Shown here one piece after another: positions 39,208-49,148 of a stretch of DNA of 64,000 nucleotides. The stretch comes from Xanthobacteraceae bacterium (lineage in GTDB: Bacteria; Pseudomonadota; Alphaproteobacteria; Rhizobiales; Xanthobacteraceae). The notes under the pieces were generated by a model that saw only the letters and a program-made list of their open reading frames with translations, searched no databases and was not told where the DNA came from. Position 1 is the first letter of the stretch, and every line of letters begins with the position of its first letter. Location of the stretch: contig DASPTX010000114.1 of the NCBI GenBank assembly GCA_035623195.1, forward strand, positions 16,293-80,292, in the 5' to 3' direction. The position numbers were made by a program, and so were the translations under genes.

Positions 39208-39472
39208 GCGCACGAGGCGATCGGCGGGAAATCAATAGTCATTGCACCAATGTGAGCAGCAGAGAAATTGGCGGTGGCCGCAGTTCGGCAGAGTCCGCAC
39301 TGTGAGAAAACAAACAGGAATTTTTCTCAAAACCGATTAGTTATCTCACTTTGTTATTTACTTCATCGTCACGGAAAATCTTTACAACGCGATATCGATT
39401 TTTCTCAACATGATTCGACGCGTTGCTGTGTTGCGTAATTTTTTGTGAAACCGGGACCGGCTGGGGGGAAAC

Positions 39473-40538
39473 ATGGAATTACGCGCAACAGCGAACGACG
39501 ATCGTGAAGATAATTTGATGCATACCGGTCCTTACCTTCAACGCGATCGTCGAAAAATACATCTCGATTTAAATAAAAGCCACTATCCGATTCCCGAGCG
39601 CGTCAAGGCCAAGATCACCTCGGCGCTCGATCGTCTTCATGAATATCCGGTAGGTTTAGAAGCGGAAGTCATTGAAGACGTCGCCAAGTTCTATCGGGTC
39701 GCTCCCGGGCAGGTGACGATCACCCACGGCTTCGATGAAGCGATCGATCGACTGATCCAATCGTTTCCCAACATGCGCTTTTCGATATTCGAGCCGACAT
39801 TCCTTGGATATGAGGCCCGACTGAAACTTAACCACGTGCACTACCAGGTGATCCGGCTCGACGAACGCTTCGAAATACCCCGAAGAGGCTCTCGGTTGCT
39901 TCGGGAGAGACGACTTCGTCATGCTGGCCAATCCCAACAATCCCACCGGAGCAGTGCTTAGCGAAAGAGTGTTGGATCGGCTGCAGAACCAGTGCGGCAA
40001 GCTTCTCATCGATGAGGCCTATATCGACTTTTCCGGCGAACGGACCCGTATCGATCGGATCGACGAGCGGACCTTCGTATTTAGATCCCTATCGAAGGCC
40101 TTCGCACTCGCGGGTCTGCGATTGGGATTGTTGTTCGGCGCCGAAACAAACATGGCGCCGATCAAGAATCGCCAATGGTTCTGCAACATCAGCGTCGTCG
40201 CACTCGAAGCCATTCGCGCCGTCTTACGCGATCCATATGTGAGCGATCACGCTGCGCGCATCGCGCAAGGCCGGGAAGACATTCAATCGGCAGCGGTGGA
40301 ACTTGGATTTGGCGTCGGTGAGGGCTTCAGCAATTTTGCCCTGATCCGACATTCCGACAGCCAAAACCTCATGCGGTTTCTCGACTCCCACGGCATCTGC
40401 GTCTTGGACACAACTGTCGTTGGCCTCGAGGAGCATGTGCGGATTTCGGTCGGAACCGCCGCCGAGAACGATGCTCTGATCAAAGCGTTGCGCCGTTACG
40501 TCTCCCAATTCGGCATCAGAAGCGGCCACGCTGCCTGA
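39473..40538 (+). pseudogene. class-II (HisC/CobD-like) aminotransferase disrupted by a +1 frameshift in a C4 run at 39878-39881
   Basis: ORFs 39473-39961 and 39921-40538 are the two halves of one enzyme. Deleting one C restores ...ERFEIPEEALGCFGRDDFVMLANPNNPTG... The PLP-lysine motif FRSLSKAFALAGLRLG is in the second half. Confidence 0.75.
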
Positions 40539-40688
40539 CCGGTTTCAGTCGTCCTCCTATCAGTCCGCGCGATGCAAGGCGCTTTCTCGGACCCGGCGGA
40601 ATCATGATGGTGCGGAATAACGCCACCGGCAAAAAGCCGTTGTGCACGCCCGGCCGGAACCGGGGCCATATCGAGAGCGCTCTCTGAC

Positions 40689-41527
40689 ATGTCTTGGCCG
40701 GCCTGGATCGGAATCGCCGTAGTGGCGGAAGCCACCGAGCAGCTCCTCAATCGCCTCTACCTGTCGAAAATATCGCAGTACTGGGAGTTTCTGCTCGGTT
40801 ACAGTTTCGCCGCGGTACTGATCTCACTCGTACTTTTGTCGGGCGACGCGCACTTCGCAAAAATGACGGGCGGCACATTCCTGCTGCTGCTCCTCTCGGG
40901 AGTGTTCTGGTTCTTCACCTACCTATTCAATGCCCGCGCGTACCAGCAGGTTGAGGTGAGCTTAACCAGTCTGCTCATGCAAATTCAGGTCGTGCTGGTT
41001 TTTTTTGGCGGCATCGTGCTTTTCGCCGAGCCGCTGACAATCGGCAAACTCTTTGGCACCGCCTTGATCGTCGGCGGAATCTCGCTCCGCGGCACATCCT
41101 TCGGCCGAGCATCGCCTCACGGATTAATGTTCAAACTGCTCGCCATCGTTGCCGGCGCGGCCGGCTTTCTCACCGACAAAAAGCTCACCGCGCTGACCGC
41201 GCCTGCAATGATTCAGTTGTGGAGCTATATCGTCCCGACCCTACTGATCGTTATTCTGCAGCCGAGCCGGATCGCTACGGCTTATCGCCTCGCTCGCGAC
41301 CTTAACTTTGCGAATCTGGGAGTCGGAGCGATCAACGCATTGGTCGCTTATGCGCTGTTGCACGCATTTGCCACGCGGACGTCTCGACCGTGTACCCGCT
41401 CTACCAAGTCTACACTCTTCTCACGATTCTTGCCGCCCACTTTCTGCTTAGAGAAGGCGGCGGTCTACGGACGAAGCTGCTTTCGGCCGGAGCGGCATTT
41501 TTAGGCGTCGTTTTCCTGTTCCGCTGA
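40689..41527 (+). pseudogene. EamA/DMT-family permease with a 1-nt deletion-type frameshift near 41376-41378
   Basis: After ...AYALLHAFAT the listed frame becomes non-membrane-like (RTSRPCTRSTKS). The adjacent frame reads DVSTVYPLYQVYTLLTILAAHFLLREGGGLRTKLLSAGAAFLGVVFLFR* ending at 41527, the expected last two TM helices. Confidence 0.65.
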
Positions 41528-41581
41528 TGGATTTTTTCCAGATGTCGGCCTAGCGGTCCTTTCAAGTCAAAGCAGCATCAC

Positions 41582-42529
41582 ATGCCTGCAATTCTGATTG
41601 CCATTCTCGATTCGAATCCGGACGCGTGGGGCGAAGAGTTTCGCACGCTTGCGCCCACGCGAGACTTTCGGCTCTGGCCCGATTGCGTCGGCGATCCGAC
41701 GGACATTGCCTACGCCTGCGTTTGGGAGCCGCCGCAAGGCTTGTTGGCAAAATTCACGAACCTAAAAGCGATATTGTCGCTTGGCGCCGGCGTCGACCAC
41801 ATCACGAGCGATACGTCGCTGCCGGACGTTCCGATCGTCAGGATGGTCGATCCCGACATGACCATGCGGATGACGGAGTACGTCGTGCTGCATGTGCTGA
41901 TCGCGCACCGCCGGCTGCGGCTCTACGACGCCCAGCAACGCCAGCGGCTATGGCGCAATCACGACGAACCCGCCGCGAACAAGGTTGCCGTAGGCGTGAT
42001 GGGGCTGGGTGTCCTCGGCCGGGACGCGGCCGATGTTTTGTCGCGGATCGGATTTAGGGTTGCAGGCTGGAGTCGTACCGCAACGCGCATTCCCGGCATT
42101 GAAACATTTCATGGCGATGGCGATCTCGACGCGTTTCTCGCTCGAACCGAAATTTTGGTGTCTCTGTTGCCTTGCACTGCGCGGACCGAAGGAATTCTCA
42201 ATCGCGCTCTATTTCGTAAGCTCAAGCGCGATGGCGCCCTCGGCGGAGCCGTTCTCATCAATGCCGGGAGGGGCAAGCTGCAAATCGATGCCGATATCGT
42301 CGACGCGCTTGATGAAGGCATCCTCAGTGCCGCAACGCTCGACGTCTTTGCGACCGAACCCCTCGCCGGCACAAGCCCATTGTGGGCGCATCCCAAAATC
42401 ACTGTCACGCCGCACAACGCGGCGCTTTCGGATGCGCGTTCGATGGCTCTAAATATGCTCAAACAAATCGAACGATTCGAACGCGGCCTTCCGTTTGAGA
42501 ACGTGGTCGACCGAGGCGCCGGATATTGA
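41582..42529 (+). CDS. D-isomer-specific 2-hydroxyacid dehydrogenase (glyoxylate/hydroxypyruvate reductase A-like)
   Basis: 315 aa. NAD-binding GVMGLGVLGRD; catalytic-domain INAGRGKL and TPHNAA. Confidence 0.85.
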   Translation: MPAILIAILDSNPDAWGEEFRTLAPTRDFRLWPDCVGDPTDIAYACVWEPPQGLLAKFTNLKAILSLGAGVDHITSDTSLPDVPIVRMVDPDMTMRMTEYVVLHVLIAHRRLRLYDAQQRQRLWRNHDEPAANKVAVGVMGLGVLGRDAADVLSRIGFRVAGWSRTATRIPGIETFHGDGDLDAFLARTEILVSLLPCTARTEGILNRALFRKLKRDGALGGAVLINAGRGKLQIDADIVDALDEGILSAATLDVFATEPLAGTSPLWAHPKITVTPHNAALSDARSMALNMLKQIERFERGLPFENVVDRGAGY

Positions 42530-42603
42530 TGGATGATCCGCAGCTATGCCTAATCCGAGGACGCGGGGCGATCGGCGGGATGCAACTCTAACGGCTCTTT
42601 CCG

Positions 42604-42612
42604 TGCTATAAT
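42604..42612 (+). promoter_or_regulatory. extended -10 element TGCTATAAT
   Basis: Perfect TGnTATAAT in a GC-rich genome. It ends 5 nt before ATG 42618 and there is no SD. Confidence 0.4.
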
Positions 42613-42617
42613 TCCAC

Positions 42618-42866
42618 ATGGACGACTTTCCGGTCATTCCGCCGTTAATCGTCAAGAGTACGCCGAAGCCGCGGCGGCTCACGACGCTTGGGGAGGCGCG
42701 CAACTATGTCGGCGAGGCGATGCGGCTCGGCCGGCCGGCGCCTTGGCGCGAAGTGTGGCATCGCCTCAAGACGGTAGCGAGCGAGGAGAACGCCATCGAG
42801 GCGATCGGCGATTTGCGTGAATTGCTCGCCGAAGAAGATTTACTGTTGCCGGACGCCGGGAAGTAG
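42618..42866 (+). CDS. hypothetical protein (82 aa), possibly translated from a leaderless mRNA
   Basis: ORF with no Shine-Dalgarno. A perfect extended -10 (TGCTATAAT, 42604-42612) ends 5 nt before the ATG. Confidence 0.45.
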   Translation: MDDFPVIPPLIVKSTPKPRRLTTLGEARNYVGEAMRLGRPAPWREVWHRLKTVASEENAIEAIGDLRELLAEEDLLLPDAGK

Positions 42867-42968
42867 CGCGATGCGAATGGCGTCATCGATCTCCGCCTGA
42901 TCCTGGAAGCCAAGGCCACGAGCCGATTCAGCTCGGTCTCTCGGTGACCAGTTCCATCGCTTGGGCGG

Positions 42969-43535
42969 CTACCGGGCAAATTCGGAATTCTCAAGGCTTT
43001 CACGCCAATGCCACCAAAACACGGCAACAATTCCCAAAATACCGGCCGCGATCAACACAAGGAGCAAGGCTGAATTTTCGATCCAAGCAATTGCCGGGAT
43101 GCCGAGCGCCATGATCAGGCCAAGAAGGCAGATCTGCCAGGACAGCACATGCACGCCGGCCGAAAACGTGCCAAGCGTCAGCAGTGTAAAGACCGCCAGT
43201 CCCGTTGCGCTTGACGAAAAAACCCTTTGAACGCTCGACAACAACAGCAAATTCATCACGACCAGGAACGCGAGCCAGTGCAGCGCCTGCGTTCCGATCA
43301 ATCTTAATCGCTCGGCGCGATCGTTTGCGGTGCGCCATCCGTAGGCAATGCAGACCAGCCCGATGATCGGCGCGAGAATTTCCCAATAACCGACGATCAG
43401 TTGCTTCGAGAAACTCGTATAGGCGACGCCAAGTATGGTCAGTATCAATACAAGACTGAATGGCAGCTCCCTGACCCAAAGGCTTGCGCGCCGTGACTCG
43501 TTCGATGGCGGGGCCTGCGGGACTGCGGTGTTCAT
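42969..43535 (-). CDS. integral membrane protein, unknown function
   Basis: 188 aa with 5-6 hydrophobic helices. Lies 43 nt downstream of an HdeD-family gene on the same strand. Confidence 0.6.
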   Translation of the reverse strand: MNTAVPQAPPSNESRRASLWVRELPFSLVLILTILGVAYTSFSKQLIVGYWEILAPIIGLVCIAYGWRTANDRAERLRLIGTQALHWLAFLVVMNLLLLSSVQRVFSSSATGLAVFTLLTLGTFSAGVHVLSWQICLLGLIMALGIPAIAWIENSALLLVLIAAGILGIVAVFWWHWRESLENSEFAR

Positions 43536-43578
43536 TGCGGCTGCATCGACAAGCGACTGAAAATTGCGCCGTCACCTC

Positions 43579-44196
43579 TTAGGTGACAGGTTGGCCAGCT
43601 GAACCGTGCTGGTGCCTCTCCAGTCGGGCCCGGAGCTTGAAAGCCAGCACAACGAGACACACGCCGAACACCAGCGCATAGGCGCCTAACCACCAGGTCA
43701 ACACCACCGCTCCGATCATCGGCGCCACGATCAGCAATGCGCCGTAGAGCACCGAGAGGATGCCGCCGAAAATCAGCCACCCGCGGCCGTCGATAAACTC
43801 TAGTCGATAGGCCGCCGTCAACTCAAATATGCCGGTGAGGATTGCCCAAAAGGCGATCAGAAACACGAAGGCCACCACGGTTATTCCGGGCCAGAACACG
43901 GCAATGGCGGCGGCGGCGATGCTCACGAGACCTTCCAGCACGAGATAGCCCCAGCGTTCACCCTCACGCGCTGCCCGGACCGCGCTGACAATTCCGAATA
44001 AACCGTCCACGAAGGCATAGACTGCAAACACGAGGACAAGCGACAGCATCGTGGCGCCAGGCAGAAAGAGGGCAACCAGACCAAACAAAATCCCGATGAC
44101 GCCCCGAAGACCGATCGCCCACCAGTTCCGAGCGAGTACGGCGATCATCGGTTCATATTCCGAGAACGCGGCACCGCGGAGAATTGGTTCAGCCAT
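43579..44196 (-). CDS. HdeD/DUF308 family membrane protein
   Basis: NWWAIGLRGVIGILFGLVALFLPG start and repeated GxxxxxGxxxL helices, typical of DUF308. Confidence 0.8.
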   Translation of the reverse strand: MAEPILRGAAFSEYEPMIAVLARNWWAIGLRGVIGILFGLVALFLPGATMLSLVLVFAVYAFVDGLFGIVSAVRAAREGERWGYLVLEGLVSIAAAAIAVFWPGITVVAFVFLIAFWAILTGIFELTAAYRLEFIDGRGWLIFGGILSVLYGALLIVAPMIGAVVLTWWLGAYALVFGVCLVVLAFKLRARLERHQHGSAGQPVT

Positions 44197-44271
44197 GACA
44201 CTCTCCTGCCTATTTGGACCATGACGGTATTCGGGCCCGGCGCCCCGTTTTCTTATGTTTTTCGTCGGTCT

Positions 44272-44829
44272 TCACATCGTGCGCAGTCCGAGGGCAAGCG
44301 CGATCCATGTCGCTCCATAGAAAATCAGATCGATGCCGACAAAGAGGCCGATCACCCAAAGTCCCGAGGCCGGCCATTGCGCCAGGACGAGCAAACCCAG
44401 GACAAATGTGAGCAGTCCATCCGCCGCCTGCCAACCCCAGCCGGGCAACGCGACCGCCACCGAACCGATCAGTTGAAATAGTCCGCCAACGAGAAAAAAC
44501 ATCGCCATGAAGATGGTCGCCACCTCTGCGCTGATGACCGGTCGCATCACGATCAAAAGCCCGACAATTCCGAAGAGAATTGCCGCCAACAGGTGTTGGA
44601 AGAAGCCCACCCAATGACCCACCATGACGGCTTGGGCGACCTCAAGGCCTGAGGCCAACACCAATAGCCAGCCGAAGAACAGCATCGAAACGACCGTCGC
44701 AGCGACGGAGCGAACAACGGCGGCGATACCCAAGATGAGCACGCCGATCCCGAACGCCAGAAACCATCCCCAGTAATGGACGATCTCGTGGGGGATCTCG
44801 ACCTGCACTTGGACATCGCCCAAGGTCAT
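44272..44829 (-). CDS. HdeD/DUF308 family membrane protein (paralogue)
   Basis: YWGWFLAFGIGVLILGIAAV and a six-helix DUF308 pattern. First gene of the apparent three-gene membrane operon. Confidence 0.8.
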   Translation of the reverse strand: MTLGDVQVQVEIPHEIVHYWGWFLAFGIGVLILGIAAVVRSVAATVVSMLFFGWLLVLASGLEVAQAVMVGHWVGFFQHLLAAILFGIVGLLIVMRPVISAEVATIFMAMFFLVGGLFQLIGSVAVALPGWGWQAADGLLTFVLGLLVLAQWPASGLWVIGLFVGIDLIFYGATWIALALGLRTM

Positions 44830-45265
44830 ATCCTACCTCCCGCTTATGGCGTCGATCCCGCGCCTAACGCTTTTCGCAAAATTGATCGGTACGTTTAATG
44901 ATGACGGTCTCTCCCAATGCGATAGTTGCGATTGAAAAACAGGCGTAAGTCCGCGCATTGATCCAAATCAACGACATTTAGACACTTTGATACCTGTCAA
45001 TTGGACAACCGCGCACCAACTTGCCGAAACACCAAATCCCGACCAACCAATGGGATTGTCACCTGCCTTATCATTTCACCGGCATTTAACCGCTCGTTGA
45101 GCCGGAGCAGATCATCAAAGAGCGAGCTGAAATCGCGCTCCGGTTCGCTCTTAATAATGTCCCACGCGATACCCTTCGCGAGAAAAGGCGTTCCCCGCAC
45201 ATCGATCTAGGTCAAATGTCGGCGGCGGGATCGTGCATTTCCGCGTACTTCGCGTTGTATTTTCG

Positions 45266-46198
45266 CTAAGAACCGTTTTGCGCTGGTGGCACGGCTCGCA
45301 CGGGCACGACAACGGCGAGTGCCCGGGCCCGCATTCTGTAGTGAAGCGGCGCATTCATGGTACTCGCTTCACCATCGGTGGATACATTGACCCGTACGGT
45401 TCCGGGCTCTACCCAAAGCTCCTCCGTTTCGAAGACGTTCAGTTCTTGCTCGGTTTCACGGCCCACGAGGACCTTCAGCGCCACGCTTGCGATGTTCGGG
45501 CGGCCATGGCTTGGCGCCGTGCACACCCACAGCCGGCCGGAATCAAGCCGAGGCCGCGTACCGATCTCCAAGCCCGACGTTCGGTATCGATTGTTGCCCA
45601 CGAATAGGAAAGGAGTCAGGTGTTCCAACGCCTCTTCCCGCTCCATGTGTGCCTTCATGCGCAGGCGAAAATAGCGCCGTACCAGGGACCTTAGAGCGAG
45701 TACGAACGCCACTCGCTTAACGTGCCCATGGCGTTCCTGTTCCTCACGCTGGCGCACGAAATGGGGATAGAAGCCCACGCCCGAATTGTTCACAAATATC
45801 CGGCCGTTGACCTCTCCCACGTCCACCTTGGTGACCTGGCCAGTGAAGAGATTGTGGACCGCAGCTTCAAGGTTCAGCGGAATGCCGGCGTCCTTGGCAA
45901 AATGGTTCAACGTTCCCATGGGAAGAACACCAAGCGCGGTGTCGGCGCCCGCGAGCGGGCCGGCAACGGCGTTGACCGTTCCGTCACCTCCCCCAGCCAC
46001 GATCGGCTGACGGCGCTCGCTTAAGGCGCGCGCGGCCAAGGACGAAACGTCATCGCCGCGCTTGGTCACGACGACCTGCGTTTCCACGCTGAACTCGCCT
46101 GAAATGCGCGCAATATGCGCAAGAGCCGCCTGCAAATGGATGGATTTACCGTTAAGGATGCAACTTGGCCTCAAGTTCGATAGCGGGCGCGATATCAT
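45266..46198 (-). CDS. diacylglycerol-kinase-family lipid kinase (YegS/BmrU-like)
   Basis: ILNGKS N-terminus, GGDGTVNAV, LGVLPMGTLNHFAKD. Confidence 0.85.
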   Translation of the reverse strand: MISRPLSNLRPSCILNGKSIHLQAALAHIARISGEFSVETQVVVTKRGDDVSSLAARALSERRQPIVAGGGDGTVNAVAGPLAGADTALGVLPMGTLNHFAKDAGIPLNLEAAVHNLFTGQVTKVDVGEVNGRIFVNNSGVGFYPHFVRQREEQERHGHVKRVAFVLALRSLVRRYFRLRMKAHMEREEALEHLTPFLFVGNNRYRTSGLEIGTRPRLDSGRLWVCTAPSHGRPNIASVALKVLVGRETEQELNVFETEELWVEPGTVRVNVSTDGEASTMNAPLHYRMRARALAVVVPVRAVPPAQNGS

Positions 46199-46243
46199 GA
46201 TTCATCAACAGCCAAACGAAACTCGCGAGGTTACGTCGAGTTG

Positions 46244-46951
46244 TTAAACAGGACTGGAGGTCTCGATTTGATCGCGACGCAGAAGCCAGGCCGTCAGCGC
46301 CCAGCAGCCTATCGCCCAAGCCGCGCCGATGCACCAACCTCCGAGAACATCCGTTGGATAGTGAACGCCGAGATATATGCGGCTCATGCCTATAAGCATC
46401 GTCAAAAACGCCGCCACCGCGATGAAGTAGAGACCGATTTTGAAGGAGGATTGGCTTCGCGCCAGAAGCGCCGCTATCGTCAGATAGGTAATGGCCGACA
46501 GCGAGGCATGGCCGCTTGGAAAACTTGAAGTGAAAACTCGCGTTGCCGGAGCCACGAAATCAGGGCGGGGACGAACGAACGCCAACTTGAGCAACTCGTT
46601 AAGCGCGATGCCGCCGGTCACAGCCACGAGCATCGACCAAGCTGCCGCATGCGCGCGAGCCAAAAACAAATAGCCTGAAACCGCAGAGGTTATTATCACT
46701 AATACTATGATGCTGCCGAGACTTGTTACGTCGCGAGCCGCCTCCTGAGCCCACGCTGGGCCGATCGGGGTGGTTGGGTTGGCTGGGTTACGGAAGGCTA
46801 GAATGATGTCACGATCGAACGCGGACAACTCTCCTTCGGCGACAACCTGAGCGATGGAACCGAACGCGAAAAGCAGGCACGCTACCGTCAAGACAGCTAC
46901 CAGCATGCCTTTTTGACTATCCTTCGCGGCGCGGTCTGGCTTGCGTGGCAC
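46244..46951 (-). CDS. PAP2-family phosphatase (membrane)
   Basis: PAP2 motifs KLAFVRPRP, FPSGHA, SRIYLGVHYPTDV. Confidence 0.85.
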   Translation of the reverse strand: MPRKPDRAAKDSQKGMLVAVLTVACLLFAFGSIAQVVAEGELSAFDRDIILAFRNPANPTTPIGPAWAQEAARDVTSLGSIIVLVIITSAVSGYLFLARAHAAAWSMLVAVTGGIALNELLKLAFVRPRPDFVAPATRVFTSSFPSGHASLSAITYLTIAALLARSQSSFKIGLYFIAVAAFLTMLIGMSRIYLGVHYPTDVLGGWCIGAAWAIGCWALTAWLLRRDQIETSSPV

Positions 46952-46999
46952 GTTCGCGAGTTGTCCCTTATCATCCGCACCGGATCTCCGGAGCGCGCC

Positions 47000-48268
47000 T
47001 CAATGAATGCGCTGGCTGCTGTCCTGCCGGCGGATTTCACTGACGATACGCTCTACTTCGGGCAGCGCATGCTTGTAAAATTTTTTCAGTCCGACGCAGA
47101 GATAATTGAGGCCGGGCTCGCCGTCCGGCGTCCGGATCAGTCGGTTCTTCGGACACTCGCCCCAACAATCCTTGAGATAGGCGCAGCCGCGGCAATAGCG
47201 CGTCAGCGTCTCGGATTTGGCGTAGCCGAATTTGACCTGGGCCGGGGAGAACACCATTTCGGCCAGCGACTTTTCCTGCAATGAACCGAGGCGATACTCG
47301 GGATAGACGTAGTGGTCGCACGCATAGACGCTGCCGTCATGCTCCAGCGCAACGCCTTTGCCGCAGAATTCATTGTAGATGCAGATTTGCGAAGGCAAGC
47401 CGAGATGCTGCGCCACCAGCGTCTCGAAGTGATTCACCAGGACCTTGCCCAAATCCTTGCGGCGCCATTCGTCGAACACAGAACAGAGGAAATATCCGTA
47501 TTCTTCGGGATCGACCGACCAGTCGGTGACGACGGAATTGGGATGGTTCGGCCGCGCCTCGGCGCTGCCGACGAGCGGCAGCCGCGCGGTGTCCCACCGC
47601 TGCGGCGCCGTGATTTCAAATCCCCTCGCCTGCACGATCGGGATGAACTGGATGTATTTGGCGTCAAGCTCTCGGCGCAAGAAACGATAAACGTCGAGCG
47701 GTCGCGAGGCGTTTAAACGATGTACGCAGGTCAGCGTGTTGAAGCGCACGCCGAATTTGCGCAATAGCTTTGCCGCCGCCATTACCTTATCGAAGGTCGG
47801 CGCGCCGCCTTTGTTGACTCGAAAGCCGTCATGTAGCTCGCGCGGGCCGTCGATGCTCAGGCCGACTAAGAAGCGATTCTCCTTCAGAAATACCGCCCAT
47901 TTTTCGTCCAGCAACACGCCGTTGGTCTGCAGGTCGTTTTCGATACGCTGGCCGGGCTTGCGATATTTCTTCTGTAGGGCAACGACGCGGCGGAAGAAAT
48001 CGAGGCCGCGCAAGGTCGGTTCGCCGCCTTGCCAGGAAAATACCACTTCGGGACCGGTCACGCCGCCGACATATTGCCGGATGAAAAGCTCAAGCGTCTC
48101 GTCGCTCATCTGGCCCGTGCCGGGCCCGTTGGGCAGCGTCTCCTTGCTCAAATAGAAGCAATATTTGCAATCGAGATTGCAGGTCGAGCCCGCGGGCTTG
48201 GCCATGACATGGAACCGCCCGCCCGGCGCCGACCGCAGCAGTGAGGGGGCCGTATATTTGTCAACCAT
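47000..48268 (-). CDS. radical SAM/SPASM maturase, anaerobic sulfatase-maturating enzyme-like
   Basis: CNLDCKYCFY radical-SAM cluster. C-terminal Cys-rich SPASM region (CDHYVY..., YCRGCAYLKDCWGECPKNR). Confidence 0.85.
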   Translation of the reverse strand: MVDKYTAPSLLRSAPGGRFHVMAKPAGSTCNLDCKYCFYLSKETLPNGPGTGQMSDETLELFIRQYVGGVTGPEVVFSWQGGEPTLRGLDFFRRVVALQKKYRKPGQRIENDLQTNGVLLDEKWAVFLKENRFLVGLSIDGPRELHDGFRVNKGGAPTFDKVMAAAKLLRKFGVRFNTLTCVHRLNASRPLDVYRFLRRELDAKYIQFIPIVQARGFEITAPQRWDTARLPLVGSAEARPNHPNSVVTDWSVDPEEYGYFLCSVFDEWRRKDLGKVLVNHFETLVAQHLGLPSQICIYNEFCGKGVALEHDGSVYACDHYVYPEYRLGSLQEKSLAEMVFSPAQVKFGYAKSETLTRYCRGCAYLKDCWGECPKNRLIRTPDGEPGLNYLCVGLKKFYKHALPEVERIVSEIRRQDSSQRIH

Positions 48269-49148
48269 CGATTGGGCTTACCAGTGCCGGGCACGAACGA
48301 TTTGACTTGGATCAAAGATCTCGGCGCCACACGGAAAAGACGAGGCGGAAGCCGTGATCAACGTTGGCTAATCGTTGTTTGTCATCGCGGTGAAATAAAA
48401 CTGCCGTCGGCAGCAAGTAAACCACTGTGACCGACGATACAGACATCGTTTCGACGGTGCATATGTTTTTGGTGGGGTGCCAAATGCTCCTGATCGAGAA
48501 TCCTGGAGGCCACCATGTCGTTGCTCCACAAAACGGACGTCTACCGAAGCCGGCACGAGAACGTAAGTCGTAAGCGTCGCGACTATGGCCTTGTTCTCGC
48601 GCTGCTTTGCGTTCAACGCCAGCTATCGGCTGCTGTCAAAGGATCTGGAGGAGCGTCGATTGGCTAGGCCAGCCGATGATCAAGACCTGCGAAGCGATTA
48701 ATTTCCGGCGATTACCCACGCATTAGGACAGTTGGCGACTCGATCGGGAGTGCGGGAAATGGGCCGACCGAGCCGCCAAGGCCGCGCGGCGGTGCCCCCG
48801 GTGCAAGGGACATGGCGAAGATCACCCTCGGTGACTTAACGAGGCGCTAAGAATTTCGGGCAGCTTTTCGACCATCGCGCGTTCGTTTGCGGGCGGCCGC
48901 TTACTGGTAAGCAGTGATCGCGTTACCGCCTTCGGCTTGAGCGGATGTGCCCCATTCGGGAGCCCTCAAAATTCGAGTTGGCCGCCAAACTAAAGACGGC
49001 GAAAGACGACGAGGCGCGAACGGGCTTTTCTGTTGTGATTTTACAACGGTCCAGAAAATTCGATTTCGTAATATCCCACTTTAAGACCCCCGCACGCTTT
49101 CGGTGGTAAACTGTTTTCAAGCAGTGGGGTGCGAAAGGGACGACGAGT

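Noticed and set aside
39869-39925. Programmed +1 ribosomal frameshift in the aminotransferase
   Set aside because: There is no recognisable slippery-site or stimulator arrangement. The neighbouring gene is also frameshifted. A pseudogene or homopolymer sequencing error is the simpler explanation.
44997-45200. 67-aa minus ORF between the HdeD operon and the lipid kinase
   Set aside because: It has no SD and no family match. It may be a fragment of a larger regulator (...IPLVGRDLVFRQV), but the evidence is insufficient.
48368-48616. 82-aa minus ORF upstream of the radical-SAM gene as a possible RiPP precursor (also the 51-aa plus ORF at 48515-48670 with a GGAGG SD)
   Set aside because: It starts with TTG, has poor third-position GC in its second half, and overlaps a terminator-like hairpin (CTGCC-GAC-GGCAG plus T-run near 48400). 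There is no leader/core-like pattern. Both ORFs remain unresolved, and neither is supported well enough to call.
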